Source: an uncultured Clostridia bacterium (GTDB taxonomy: Bacteria; Bacillota; Clostridia; Christensenellales; Borkfalkiaceae). Taken from it: a stretch of DNA of 64,000 bases. The first letter of the stretch is position 1; each line of letters starts with the position of its first letter. The stretch covers positions 10,073-74,072 of the forward strand of contig CAJFFD010000006.1 in the NCBI GenBank assembly GCA_904373255.1, in the 5' to 3' direction. Below, in pieces: positions 33,730 through 42,844 of this stretch. Made by a program: the position numbers and the translations under genes. A model generated the notes under the pieces. It was not told the DNA's origin, ran no database searches, and saw only the letters and a list, made by a program, of their open reading frames with translations.

Positions 33730-35511
33730 ATGGCACAGAGAAATACCTATTTTCAGGATGAAGCGGTCGAAAAGGATAAAATCGACATCAAAAACCTGAA
33801 GCGGCTTTTGCGCTACGCTTTGCCGCATAAAAAGCTGTTGATCTTTGTACTCATTATCATGCTGATCGCCGTAGCTTCGTCGATGGTAACCCCGCTCCTG
33901 CTCAAGTTCATCATCGATACAGTAATCCCTGACGAGAATTATCGGCTGTATTTCCTTGCGTTGGGAGGATTTCTGCTTGCGGGCTTGGCGGAAATTATAA
34001 TTACGTTTTACCAGCAGAGAAGTTTGGGTCGGATGGGGCATGGCATCATTGCCGACATCCGCAAGGATATTTTCTATAAGCTGCAGTCGCTCCCGTTCGA
34101 CTACTTCGACAACCGTCCCGCCGGTAAAATTGTCGTTCGTGTGACAAACTATATAACGGAACTTGCCGATTTCTTCACGAACTATCTGATGAACTTCATT
34201 TTGAACATCGTGAAGATCATTGTCGTCACGGTATTCATGCTTTGCCTCAGTCCGCTCCTCACGGCGGTCGTCTATTCGGCGATTATTCCGCTGACCGTCG
34301 GCGTTTTTCTGATCCGGAAGGCAATCCGCAAATTGTTCCGCAAACAGCGCGCCAAAGACTCCAACCGCACCGCCTATATCGTCGAATCGATCATGGGCGA
34401 AAAGATCATCCAGAACTACAACCGCACGGAATACAATGAAAAGATTTACCACGATCTTCAGAAAGAATGTTCCGATACATGGATGCAGATCGTCCGCCGT
34501 AACGAGCTGAATTCGCCGGTCGTCGGCGTTTTCTGGAATTACGGCACGATCATGTTGTATGCGATTGCCTTTCTGCTAATGCAAATGGGCGGAGCCTTCG
34601 GCGTCACGACAGGCATAACGATTGCCTTTTTAAGTTATATGAGCCTGTTTTCCACGCCGCTTACCCAGCTTTCTGCCATCATCCAAAACCTCGCGCAGGT
34701 ATCGGCGAACCTTGAACGAATTTTCGAAACGATCGACGCTCCTGCAAGCATTGCCGACAGCGACAGCAGCATAGAACTCGGCGATGTCGCCGGGAAGATC
34801 GATTTTAACGACGTAACTTTCTGTTACGAGGAAGGCGTCAATATTCTCGAGCATTTCAATCTGCACGTTTCTCCGGGCGAAAGCATAGCTCTCGTGGGGC
34901 CTACAGGTGCAGGCAAGACGACTGTCATCAATCTTCTGACGCGCTTCTACGACGTCAAAGAAGGCTCTGTCACGATCGACGGCATCGACGTGCGGGACAT
35001 TAAACTGAAATCGTTGCGCAGTAAAGTGGGCGTCCTCATGCAGGATCCGTTCATCTTTAAGGGTACAGTCATCGATAATATACGATACGGCAGACCTGAC
35101 GCGACGGACGAAGAGTGCATCGCCGCGGCAAAAACGATTTTTGCGGATAAGTGCATCGAGCGTTTGCCTCACGGTTATTATGAAGAACTGGCAGAGCGCG
35201 GGGAAGGTCTTTCGTCGGGCGAAAAGCAACTCATCAGCTTTGCCCGCATCATCGTCAAAAATCCTTCCGTAGTTATTTTGGACGAGGCTACAAGCTCTAT
35301 TTCCTCCGATATGGAAAAACTTATCCAGAATGCGCTTGAAGTGCTTCTCAAAGGTCGTACCTCCTTTATTGTGGCGCACAGACTTTCCACGATCCGCAAT
35401 TCGGACAGGATTTTATTTATAGCAAACAAGGGAATTGCGGAAGAAGGTACACACGAACAGTTGCTTAAAAAGCAGGGTTTGTATTATAATCTATATAAGA
35501 GCCTGAAATAG
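33730..35511 (+). CDS. ABC exporter TMD-NBD half-transporter (heterodimer partner)
   Basis: Six-TM domain; GPTGAGKT, LSSGEKQ, ILDEAT, VAHRLST. Confidence 0.95.
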   Translation: MAQRNTYFQDEAVEKDKIDIKNLKRLLRYALPHKKLLIFVLIIMLIAVASSMVTPLLLKFIIDTVIPDENYRLYFLALGGFLLAGLAEIIITFYQQRSLGRMGHGIIADIRKDIFYKLQSLPFDYFDNRPAGKIVVRVTNYITELADFFTNYLMNFILNIVKIIVVTVFMLCLSPLLTAVVYSAIIPLTVGVFLIRKAIRKLFRKQRAKDSNRTAYIVESIMGEKIIQNYNRTEYNEKIYHDLQKECSDTWMQIVRRNELNSPVVGVFWNYGTIMLYAIAFLLMQMGGAFGVTTGITIAFLSYMSLFSTPLTQLSAIIQNLAQVSANLERIFETIDAPASIADSDSSIELGDVAGKIDFNDVTFCYEEGVNILEHFNLHVSPGESIALVGPTGAGKTTVINLLTRFYDVKEGSVTIDGIDVRDIKLKSLRSKVGVLMQDPFIFKGTVIDNIRYGRPDATDEECIAAAKTIFADKCIERLPHGYYEELAERGEGLSSGEKQLISFARIIVKNPSVVILDEATSSISSDMEKLIQNALEVLLKGRTSFIVAHRLSTIRNSDRILFIANKGIAEEGTHEQLLKKQGLYYNLYKSLK

Positions 35512-35543
35512 CGCCCAATTTACAGAAAGGAGTTAAAAGGAGT

Positions 35544-35783
35544 ATGCCGCACATATCGGTAAAAATGTTGGAAGGCAGAAGCGAGGAACAAAAAAAGCGA
35601 CTTGCTGATGCGCTTGTAAAAACGCTCACCGCGGAATTGCATTGTTCGGGGCATTACGTTACTTGCACGATCGAGGATTACTCTGCCGCTGAATGGCAGA
35701 AGGTATTCAAGGAAGAAATTTCCGACAAACCCGCCGATAAAGTATTCAAAAAAGCGGAGTACGATCCGAAGGATCTGCTGTAA
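35544..35783 (+). CDS. 4-oxalocrotonate tautomerase family protein
   Basis: N-terminal Pro; PHISVKMLEGRSEEQKKRL. Confidence 0.9.
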   Translation: MPHISVKMLEGRSEEQKKRLADALVKTLTAELHCSGHYVTCTIEDYSAAEWQKVFKEEISDKPADKVFKKAEYDPKDLL

Positions 35784-35807
35784 TTCAGAACACGGAGGCA
35801 CATTATA

Positions 35808-36614
35808 ATGGCAGAATGTACGCACGACTGCGGCAGCTGCGGAGAGGAATGCTCTCGCCGCGATATGCAGAAAGCGCCGCACGAATTAAGTAAAATCAAA
35901 AAGGTCATCGGCATTGTCAGCGGCAAGGGCGGTGTAGGCAAATCTCTCACCACGGCAATGCTTGCCGTTACGGCGCAGCGCAACGGGTATAAAACGGCGA
36001 TTCTCGATGCGGATATTACCGGGCCTTCCATACCCCGTATGTTCGGTATCACCGATAAGGCGATGGGGACGGAAATGGGAATCCTTCCGGCGATCACCAA
36101 AACCGGCATCGAGGTTATGTCTATGAACCTTTTGCTGGAAGAGGATACAGATCCCGTCATCTGGCGCGGGCCGATCATTGCGGGCACTGTATTGCAATTT
36201 TGGACAGACGTAATCTGGAACGATGTCGATTATATGTTTGTCGACATGCCGCCGGGAACAGGCGACGTTCCGTTGAGCATCTATCAGTCGCTGCCTTTGG
36301 ACGGAATCGTCGTTATAACGACGCCGCAGGAACTCGTTTCCATGATCGTGAAAAAAGCGGTTGTGATGGCGGAAAAGATGAATATTCCCGTCCTGGGTCT
36401 TGTGGAAAATATGAGTTATGTGCAGTGTCCCGATTGCGGCAAGAAAATCGAAATTTTTGGGAAAAGCCGCGTTGAGGAAACCGCGGCGCAGTTTGGTGCA
36501 AAGGGCGTCGCGCGGATACCGTTCGACGGTGCTCTTACAAAATGTGCTGACCGCGGATTGATTGAACTGTATGAAGGCGACTATATTGACGGGCTGTTTG
36601 AAAAGATCGGATAA
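35808..36614 (+). CDS. Mrp/NBP35 Fe-S cluster carrier ATPase
   Basis: N-terminal CxxxCxxCxxxC; SGKGGVGKS, DADITGPS, DMPPGTGD, ENMSYxxCPDC. Confidence 0.95.
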   Translation: MAECTHDCGSCGEECSRRDMQKAPHELSKIKKVIGIVSGKGGVGKSLTTAMLAVTAQRNGYKTAILDADITGPSIPRMFGITDKAMGTEMGILPAITKTGIEVMSMNLLLEEDTDPVIWRGPIIAGTVLQFWTDVIWNDVDYMFVDMPPGTGDVPLSIYQSLPLDGIVVITTPQELVSMIVKKAVVMAEKMNIPVLGLVENMSYVQCPDCGKKIEIFGKSRVEETAAQFGAKGVARIPFDGALTKCADRGLIELYEGDYIDGLFEKIG

Positions 36615-36686
36615 CTGACAAATTTTTATCCTGCCTGTCGGGCGGTTTGCCTACGCAGAAGGAAGGCGGGCAGGTGTGTACGTTAT

Positions 36687-36719
36687 AAAAAAAGCCACGC
36701 AGTCAAGCGTGGCTTTTTT
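36687..36719. terminator. Bidirectional terminator
   Basis: A7-GCCACGC/GCGTGGC-T6 between convergent genes. Confidence 0.85.
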
Positions 36720-36731
36720 GAAGGCTGTGAA

Positions 36732-37787
36732 TCAGTTTTCACTCTCTTCGTCCTGAACGGAAATAACTGCGGTTTCGGCAAAACGCCTGACCGAATCCAC
36801 GGCGCTTTCGCATCCCGATTTCGAGGGGTAATTTTCACCCGTGCAAAGCAGCTGCTTCGAGCCGTTGAGCAACCGGAAGAAATAGGATCCGTTTTTACTC
36901 TGGGAAATAACGATGTTATTCTTCTGAATGTTGGTCTTGTGCGTCTTGATGCCGTTTTTTGCGCCGTTGACGGAAGTATAATCGATACTGCTGAGCAGCT
37001 TTTCGCCGTTGGACGCGCGTAATTCAAAGTAATACATCCCGGAGTCATTTTTGAGGATGACCCATTTCCCCGCGTAAGCGGTTTTCCGCTCGTCCTCTTC
37101 GGTGGTCAAAAGTTTTTCAGCGGCTGCACGCGAGGCGACGCGCGTTTCCGCGCCACGCAGGTCGGGTTTCTGCTCTGCCGCCGCGGGAGCTTGTTTGCGC
37201 TCGTCTTCTTTCTTGCGGGCAGGTTTGTTCTTTTGCGTCGCTTTTCTGTTCGGCTGCGGCGGGCGTGATTCCTTCGCCGGCTGCGCGGTTGCAGCGGGCT
37301 CCTGTTTTGCCTGCTCGGCATCTTCTGCTTGCCCGGCGGGTTCTTCGTTCTGAACGGGGGCGGTTTCAGCCGCGCTGTCTTCCGTCGGCTGAACTTCGGA
37401 AAGGGCGGGGGCTTCGTGAGTATTGTCTTCGCTGTTCAGTTCGCCGGGTTTTTCTTCAAAGGCAGAAGTGCTGTTGAAGACGGGTTCAGCCTCTTTTTCG
37501 CCGATTTCTGCATTTTCGGACGGTTGAGATATGGGTGTGGGAGCCGGTTGTTGGACAACGGGATCAGTCGTTTGAATCGGTGCGGAGGTTGCCGTTTCCT
37601 TGGGCTGAACTGCTGCCGATGCCGCCTCGCTTTTCGCGGCGCGGGCGGCTGCCTTCCGCTTTTTTGAGCGTTTGACGCCGACAGCGATTGCGATGATGAT
37701 CACAAGCAGTATCGCGGCGACAAGCGCGACGGCGATATAAAAATAGATAGGATTGTTGCGGAAATACTCAAGCATTTGTTCCCACAT
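36732..37787 (-). CDS. Membrane-anchored protein with acidic Pro/Ala-rich linker and tandem YegP (DUF1508) domains
   Basis: N-terminal TM helix; low-complexity linker; YYFELRASNGEKLLSSIDYTS and YFFRLLNGSKQLLCTGENYPS repeats. Confidence 0.8.
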   Translation of the reverse strand: MWEQMLEYFRNNPIYFYIAVALVAAILLVIIIAIAVGVKRSKKRKAAARAAKSEAASAAVQPKETATSAPIQTTDPVVQQPAPTPISQPSENAEIGEKEAEPVFNSTSAFEEKPGELNSEDNTHEAPALSEVQPTEDSAAETAPVQNEEPAGQAEDAEQAKQEPAATAQPAKESRPPQPNRKATQKNKPARKKEDERKQAPAAAEQKPDLRGAETRVASRAAAEKLLTTEEDERKTAYAGKWVILKNDSGMYYFELRASNGEKLLSSIDYTSVNGAKNGIKTHKTNIQKNNIVISQSKNGSYFFRLLNGSKQLLCTGENYPSKSGCESAVDSVRRFAETAVISVQDEESEN

Positions 37788-37871
37788 AAGATCACCTCAA
37801 ATTATTTGTCAATTCAATGGTAATACAAAAACGAAAAAAAGTCAAGCATTCGGTCTTTTTTTGGTACGGGT

Positions 37872-37900
37872 TTGACAAATTTTTGAAAATGATTTACAAT
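37872..37900 (+). promoter_or_regulatory. Sigma-A promoter
   Basis: TTGACA-17 nt-TACAAT upstream of 37930. Confidence 0.7.
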
Positions 37901-37929
37901 ATTTTAAGAAAACAGACAGGCGGAAGAGC

Positions 37930-39153
37930 ATGGAAAAGTTTGGAACGATCATAATCGGAGCGGGTGCATCGGGGTTGTTTGCCGCATTACACCTGGGTGA
38001 GTCGGGGCGCAGAGACGTACTCGTGCTGGAAAGGAACGACCGCGCGGGGCGCAAACTTTCGGCTACGGGCAACGGGCAGGGGAATGTTACGAATACCGAT
38101 CTTGCATCATCGCATTACCGTTCCTCGGATATGCGTCTTGTATCCTCCGTTTTGCGTCGCTTCGGGAGAGAGGAGTTGCTGCGGTATCTGCGTTCGTTGG
38201 GCGGAATGTTCGTCAGTGACGGGGAGGGGCGGGTGTATCCTGCATCCAGGCAGGCCGCTTCGGTCACCGATTTACTGCGCTATCGCCTTGCAGCCTTGGG
38301 AATTCACCTGAATACGGGAGAAAAAGTGTTGTCGGCGCACAAATCCGGCGGATGCTTTATCGTCACAACGGATCGAGCCGAATATTCTTGCTCCGTGCTG
38401 GTTCTTGCATGCGGAGGAAAAGCCTCCCCGCATTTCGGTACAGACGGAAACGGCTACGAATTGGCGCGCTCTTTTGGGCATACCGTAACGCCGTTGTTTC
38501 CGTCTTTGGTTCAACTGAAAACGGAAACGGCGCATATCCGCGGACTGAAGGGCGTTCGGTGCGATTGCCGCGTTCAGCTTTTGAACGGCAGGGAAGTCAT
38601 AGGTGAATCGCGCGGCGACGTGATCTTTACCGATTATGGGGTCAGCGGAAACGCCGTGTTCAGGCTTTCGCCGCTGGCGCGCCGCGCCGACACGGTTATG
38701 ATTGATTTTCTTCCGGATTCTGATGTGGGCGAATTACAGAGCGCCCTGCTTTGCAAAACGGAAAAAGAGCCCGGTATGCGTGCGGCGGACTTGTTTCGCT
38801 GCATTGTGAACAGCGCCGTCGGGAAATGCGTACTCAGGCGCTGCGGCGTGGACGAGGTGCGTCCGGTCGGAGAAGTGTCTGAAAAGCTGGGGGAATTGGC
38901 AAAGAGCGCAAAAGGTTATCGACTGAAACTGTGCGGAAGCCTGGGATTCGACTCTGCGCAGGTCACGCAGGGAGGGGTTCCGGTCACCGAACTCGATGAG
39001 TGTCTGATGAGCAAAAAGACAGGCTGCCTGTATATTGTCGGGGAACTAGCCGATGTGGACGGAGATTGCGGCGGCTATAATCTGCAATGGGCGTTCTCGT
39101 CCGGTTGGGTTGCGGCGGGCGGAATTCTGGGAGCGAAGAATGAAAATAGATAA
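37930..39153 (+). CDS. HI0933/YhiN (BaiN-like) flavoprotein
   Basis: IGAGASG, GRKLSATGNG, GRVYP, DGDCGGYNLQWAFSSG. Confidence 0.9.
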   Translation: MEKFGTIIIGAGASGLFAALHLGESGRRDVLVLERNDRAGRKLSATGNGQGNVTNTDLASSHYRSSDMRLVSSVLRRFGREELLRYLRSLGGMFVSDGEGRVYPASRQAASVTDLLRYRLAALGIHLNTGEKVLSAHKSGGCFIVTTDRAEYSCSVLVLACGGKASPHFGTDGNGYELARSFGHTVTPLFPSLVQLKTETAHIRGLKGVRCDCRVQLLNGREVIGESRGDVIFTDYGVSGNAVFRLSPLARRADTVMIDFLPDSDVGELQSALLCKTEKEPGMRAADLFRCIVNSAVGKCVLRRCGVDEVRPVGEVSEKLGELAKSAKGYRLKLCGSLGFDSAQVTQGGVPVTELDECLMSKKTGCLYIVGELADVDGDCGGYNLQWAFSSGWVAAGGILGAKNENR

Positions 39154-40669
39154 TATCAGGCTGAAGCCCGGCGAAAGCGAAAATAAACTTCTCGATATTG
39201 CATCGCGCAAACTGCACGCCGCGGCGCATATACAAATTATAAAAAAGTCCTTGGATGCGCGCGATAAATCGGACATACATTGGGTATATACTATTGAGGC
39301 GGACAGAAAGCCGATCGTTTTGCCGGAGCGAACTTGGCGCCAGGTCAGAAGGCATCCGCGGCGGGTGATTGTTGTGGGGAGCGGCCCTGCCGGGCTATTC
39401 TGCGCAATTCGTCTGATCCGCGCGGGAATACGACCGGTCATCGTTGAACGCGGCGGCACGGTTGAGGAGCGAGCCGCGCAGAACGACAGGTTTTTTAATG
39501 AACATATTTTGGATGCAGACTGCAATGTTCAGTTCGGCGAGGGCGGTGCCGGAACGTTTTCTGACGGAAAACTCAACACACAAACAAAAGATCTCCGCAA
39601 CAGAGAAGTTTTGGAAACTTTTGTTCAATTCGGTGCGCCGCAGGAAATCGCATACCTGAACAAACCGCATATCGGCAGCGATCGGCTGCGAACCGTACTC
39701 GTCAACATGCGCAAGTTTATCTATGCGTTCGGCGGCGAATTTTTGTTTCATACGCGGTTGGAGGATGTTCGTATTGCCGACGGGGCGCTCCGTTCCGTGC
39801 TGCTTCGGGATGTACGAACGGGAGTTGCCCGGGAGGAGGAACCGAGCGAACTGGTTCTCGCGGTCGGGCATAGCGCGCGCGATACCTTTTCTATGTTGAA
39901 AAATCGGGGATTTGCAATGCAGGCTCGTGAGTTCGCTGTTGGCGTCCGGATTGAGCATTTGCAGGAAAAAATCAGTTTTGCACAGTACTCTGTCACACAT
40001 AAACTGCTTCCTCCGGCTGATTATAAGCTTGTAAGTCATGCAGGCGCGAGAACTTCGTTTACATTTTGCATGTGCCCGGGCGGGTATGTAATTCCGGCAG
40101 CCAGCGAAGAAGGCGGTGTCGTTACCAATGGCATGAGTAATTATTCGCGTGACGGCAGCAATGCCAACAGTGCTTTGTTGGTGCAGATCCGGCGGGAAGA
40201 TTTCGACAACGGAGATGTTTTGGACGGGGTGGAGTTTCAGAGAAAGATCGAGCGCGCGGCGTACGAGGCGGGCGGCAGCTCTTACGCGGCGCCCGTCCAG
40301 CGGCTGGAGGATTTTTTTGCGGGGCGTGAAAGTAGCCGCTTCGGCGAGGTCGTGCCTACCTATGCAGCAGGCACGGCGATGTTCGATTTAAACAGGATCT
40401 TTCCCTCGTACATTTCCGAATCGATGAGAGCCGGAATTATAGATATGGACAGGCGCCTGCATGGTTTTGCCTCGCCCGATGCGGTTTTAACGGGTGCGGA
40501 AACGCGCTTCTCTTCCCCCGTGCGCATTTTGCGCAATGACCACTGTGAGAGCGTGAGTGCGGCGGGTGTTTATCCGTGCGGCGAGGGGTGCGGGTATTCG
40601 GGCGGGATCACAAGTTCCGCAGCCGACGGCATCCTTGTGGCGGAAAAAATTTGCGAAAAGTATATCTGA
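39140..40669 (+). CDS. FAD-dependent oxidoreductase
   Basis: GSGPAG, NVQFGEGGAGTFSDGKL, GHSARDT, FCMCPGG, YPCGEGCGYSGGI. Confidence 0.9.
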   Translation: MKIDNIRLKPGESENKLLDIASRKLHAAAHIQIIKKSLDARDKSDIHWVYTIEADRKPIVLPERTWRQVRRHPRRVIVVGSGPAGLFCAIRLIRAGIRPVIVERGGTVEERAAQNDRFFNEHILDADCNVQFGEGGAGTFSDGKLNTQTKDLRNREVLETFVQFGAPQEIAYLNKPHIGSDRLRTVLVNMRKFIYAFGGEFLFHTRLEDVRIADGALRSVLLRDVRTGVAREEEPSELVLAVGHSARDTFSMLKNRGFAMQAREFAVGVRIEHLQEKISFAQYSVTHKLLPPADYKLVSHAGARTSFTFCMCPGGYVIPAASEEGGVVTNGMSNYSRDGSNANSALLVQIRREDFDNGDVLDGVEFQRKIERAAYEAGGSSYAAPVQRLEDFFAGRESSRFGEVVPTYAAGTAMFDLNRIFPSYISESMRAGIIDMDRRLHGFASPDAVLTGAETRFSSPVRILRNDHCESVSAAGVYPCGEGCGYSGGITSSAADGILVAEKICEKYI

Positions 40670-40783
40670 GCTGATTTTTTTATAATTGATTCATTTTCTT
40701 TTCATAAAATAATCATAATTATCCTTTATAATGTAGCCATACAAAACAAAAGACCACACAAACTTTTTTCATATTCTCTCACT

Positions 40784-40821
40784 ATAACATAGCGGCCCGC
40801 GCGAGCGGGTCGCTATGTTAT
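40784..40821. repeat. 17-bp inverted repeat with GCGA loop
   Basis: ATAACATAGCGGCCCGC-GCGA-GCGGGTCGCTATGTTAT (one G-T pair). Confidence 0.8.
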
Positions 40822-40861
40822 GTCTATGGGCGCAAAAAATTGGCGCTGGTTTTGTGGGCGC

Positions 40862-40893
40862 AAAAAAGGCAGGCGATACGAAATTGCCTGCCT
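40862..40893 (-). terminator. pyk terminator
   Basis: Minus strand AGGCAGGCAAT...ATCGCCTGCC-T6 just after the pyk stop. Confidence 0.75.
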
Positions 40894-40901
40894 CGAAAAT
40901 T

Positions 40902-42308
40902 TTAAATTTGTTCAATATTGATGACGTTGGAATTGCCCGACTTCCCGTTCGGATTACCTCCCGTGATAACGATGCGGTCGCCCTTTTTGACGAGTCCGAG
41001 ATTGATCGCGGCGCGTTTCGCGTGGTAGAACAGGACGTCCATCGAAGTAAATTCTTCCGACAGAACCGGGATGACGCCCCAGGAGAGGGCGAGTTTGCGA
41101 TAAGACATCGGTTCGATGGTCATGCCTACGATGTCGATGTTGGGGCGGAAGCGGGAAACGAGCCGTGCCGTGCCGCCCGAACGGGAACACACGACAATTG
41201 CCTTTGCGCCTATATCCTCGGCAAGCACGCATGCGGAATGCGAGAGCGCGTCCGCAGGGCTTTGGATAGAGAACTTTTTGTCGCTGTATTTGTTTTCCAG
41301 ATGCTTTTCTGTTTCCAAACAGATGCGAGCCATCGCCTCGACCGCCTGAACGGGATATTTGCCGCCCGCCGTTTCGCCCGAAAGCATGACGGCGCTCGTG
41401 CCGTCGTACACTGCATTTGCCACGTCGGAAATTTCCGCGCGGGTGGGACGGGGCTGATTGATCATCGATTCGAGCATCTCCGTTGCCGTGATGCAACGCT
41501 TGCTGGCGAGGCGGCATTTATCGATGAGCATTTTTTGGATCTGGGGAAGTTCTTCATAGGGTACTTCCACGCCGAGGTCTCCGCGCGCGACCATAATGCC
41601 GTTTGCGACGTTGAGGATTTCGTCGATATTGTTCACGCCGCTGCGGCTCTCGATTTTGGCAATAAGGTCAATATCCGGGTTGCCGTTCGCCTCAAGGAGT
41701 TTGCGGATGTCGATGATGTCCTGTGCCTTGGAGGTGAAAGAACAGGCAATAAAGTCGATGCCCTGCTCAATGCCGAACAGGATATCCTTTTTGTCCTGCT
41801 CGCTCAGATATTGCAGGCTGAGCGTTTTGTCGGGGAAGAACATACTCTTTTTGTCGGACAATTCGCCGCCGATCTCGACTTTCGTGCGCACGCTCTTTTT
41901 GTCGACATCGGTAACGCGGAACACGAGCAGTCCGTTGTTGAGCAGAATGGTGTCGCCCGGTTCCAGGTCATTGACGATGCCCTTATAGGAAACGGCGACT
42001 TTCGTCTGGTCTCCTTCGATTTCTTCGGTGGTAAAGGTAAAATCGTCGCCCTCTTTTAAAAAGATTTTATGGTTTTTAAAAGTGCGGATACGCAGCTCCG
42101 GCCCCTTGGTATCCAACATGATGGGCAGGGGGATATTCAGCTTTTCGCGCACCTTTTTGATGAGGTCTATATTTGTTTTGTGTTCCTCATAATCGCCGTG
42201 GGAAAAATTCAGCCGCGCGACGTTCATGCCCGCCAAAGCCATCTGCGTCAGAGTCTCTTCGTTGCGGCAGGCGGGGCCTATGGTACATACGATTTTCGTT
42301 TTTTTCAT
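40902..42308 (-). CDS. pyk: Pyruvate kinase
   Basis: KTKIVCTIGPA, RLNFSHG, DTKGPELR, MVARGDLGVE, MLSGETA. Confidence 0.98.
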   Translation of the reverse strand: MKKTKIVCTIGPACRNEETLTQMALAGMNVARLNFSHGDYEEHKTNIDLIKKVREKLNIPLPIMLDTKGPELRIRTFKNHKIFLKEGDDFTFTTEEIEGDQTKVAVSYKGIVNDLEPGDTILLNNGLLVFRVTDVDKKSVRTKVEIGGELSDKKSMFFPDKTLSLQYLSEQDKKDILFGIEQGIDFIACSFTSKAQDIIDIRKLLEANGNPDIDLIAKIESRSGVNNIDEILNVANGIMVARGDLGVEVPYEELPQIQKMLIDKCRLASKRCITATEMLESMINQPRPTRAEISDVANAVYDGTSAVMLSGETAGGKYPVQAVEAMARICLETEKHLENKYSDKKFSIQSPADALSHSACVLAEDIGAKAIVVCSRSGGTARLVSRFRPNIDIVGMTIEPMSYRKLALSWGVIPVLSEEFTSMDVLFYHAKRAAINLGLVKKGDRIVITGGNPNGKSGNSNVINIEQI

Positions 42309-42428
42309 ATATTATCTCCAAATGAAAATTTTTGACAAAATCCAAATTTCTCACAAATATATTATAATATTTTTTTTGTCAAAACACAAGCGAATCGCGG
42401 CAAAATAGTACTTCCGTATTATCCCCGC

Positions 42429-42458
42429 TTGACAAACGAGCCGGCAATCTTGTATAAT
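42429..42458 (+). promoter_or_regulatory. Sigma-A promoter of rnpB
   Basis: TTGACA-18 nt-TATAAT just before the RNA. Confidence 0.8.
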
Positions 42459-42465
42459 ATAAAGA

Positions 42466-42764
42466 CTTCCGAGTTGATCATACGGTCGCGTGGCGCTTCG
42501 CGCTATGAGGAAAGTCCGAGCACCGCAGAGCAGGACGCCGGATAACGTCCGGTGGAGGCGACTCCAAGGATAGTGCAACAGAAACAGACCGCAGAGCAAT
42601 CTGGGCGTGCCGTGTAAACCCCGTCCGGTGCAAGATTGGGCGCATGTCGCATAGGGTTGCTCGCCCGATGTGCGCCGTGAATATCGCTTGAACGCATCGG
42701 CGACGATGCGGCCAGATAGATGACCGTACACGACAGAACTCGGCTTACAGGTCAAGCTCGGAAG
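42466..42764 (+). ncRNA. rnpB: RNase P RNA (type A-like), apparently missing J12/13-P13-P14
   Basis: GAGGAAAGTCC, AGTGCAACAGAAA and ACAGAACTCGGCTTA conserved regions; P1 CTTCCGAGTTGATC/GGTCAAGCTCGGAAG; P2 TACGGTC/GACCGTA. Confidence 0.95.
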
Positions 42765-42793
42765 CAATCGAAAAAACGCGGCGACGCAAAAGC

Positions 42794-42820
42794 AGAGGGG
42801 CACCCGGCGGGTGCCCCTCT
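42794..42820. terminator. Hairpin between convergent rnpB and tmcAL
   Basis: AGAGGGGCACCC/GGGTGCCCCTCT inverted repeat. Confidence 0.65.
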
Positions 42821-42844
42821 ATGCTCATTCATAAAGGATGAAAT

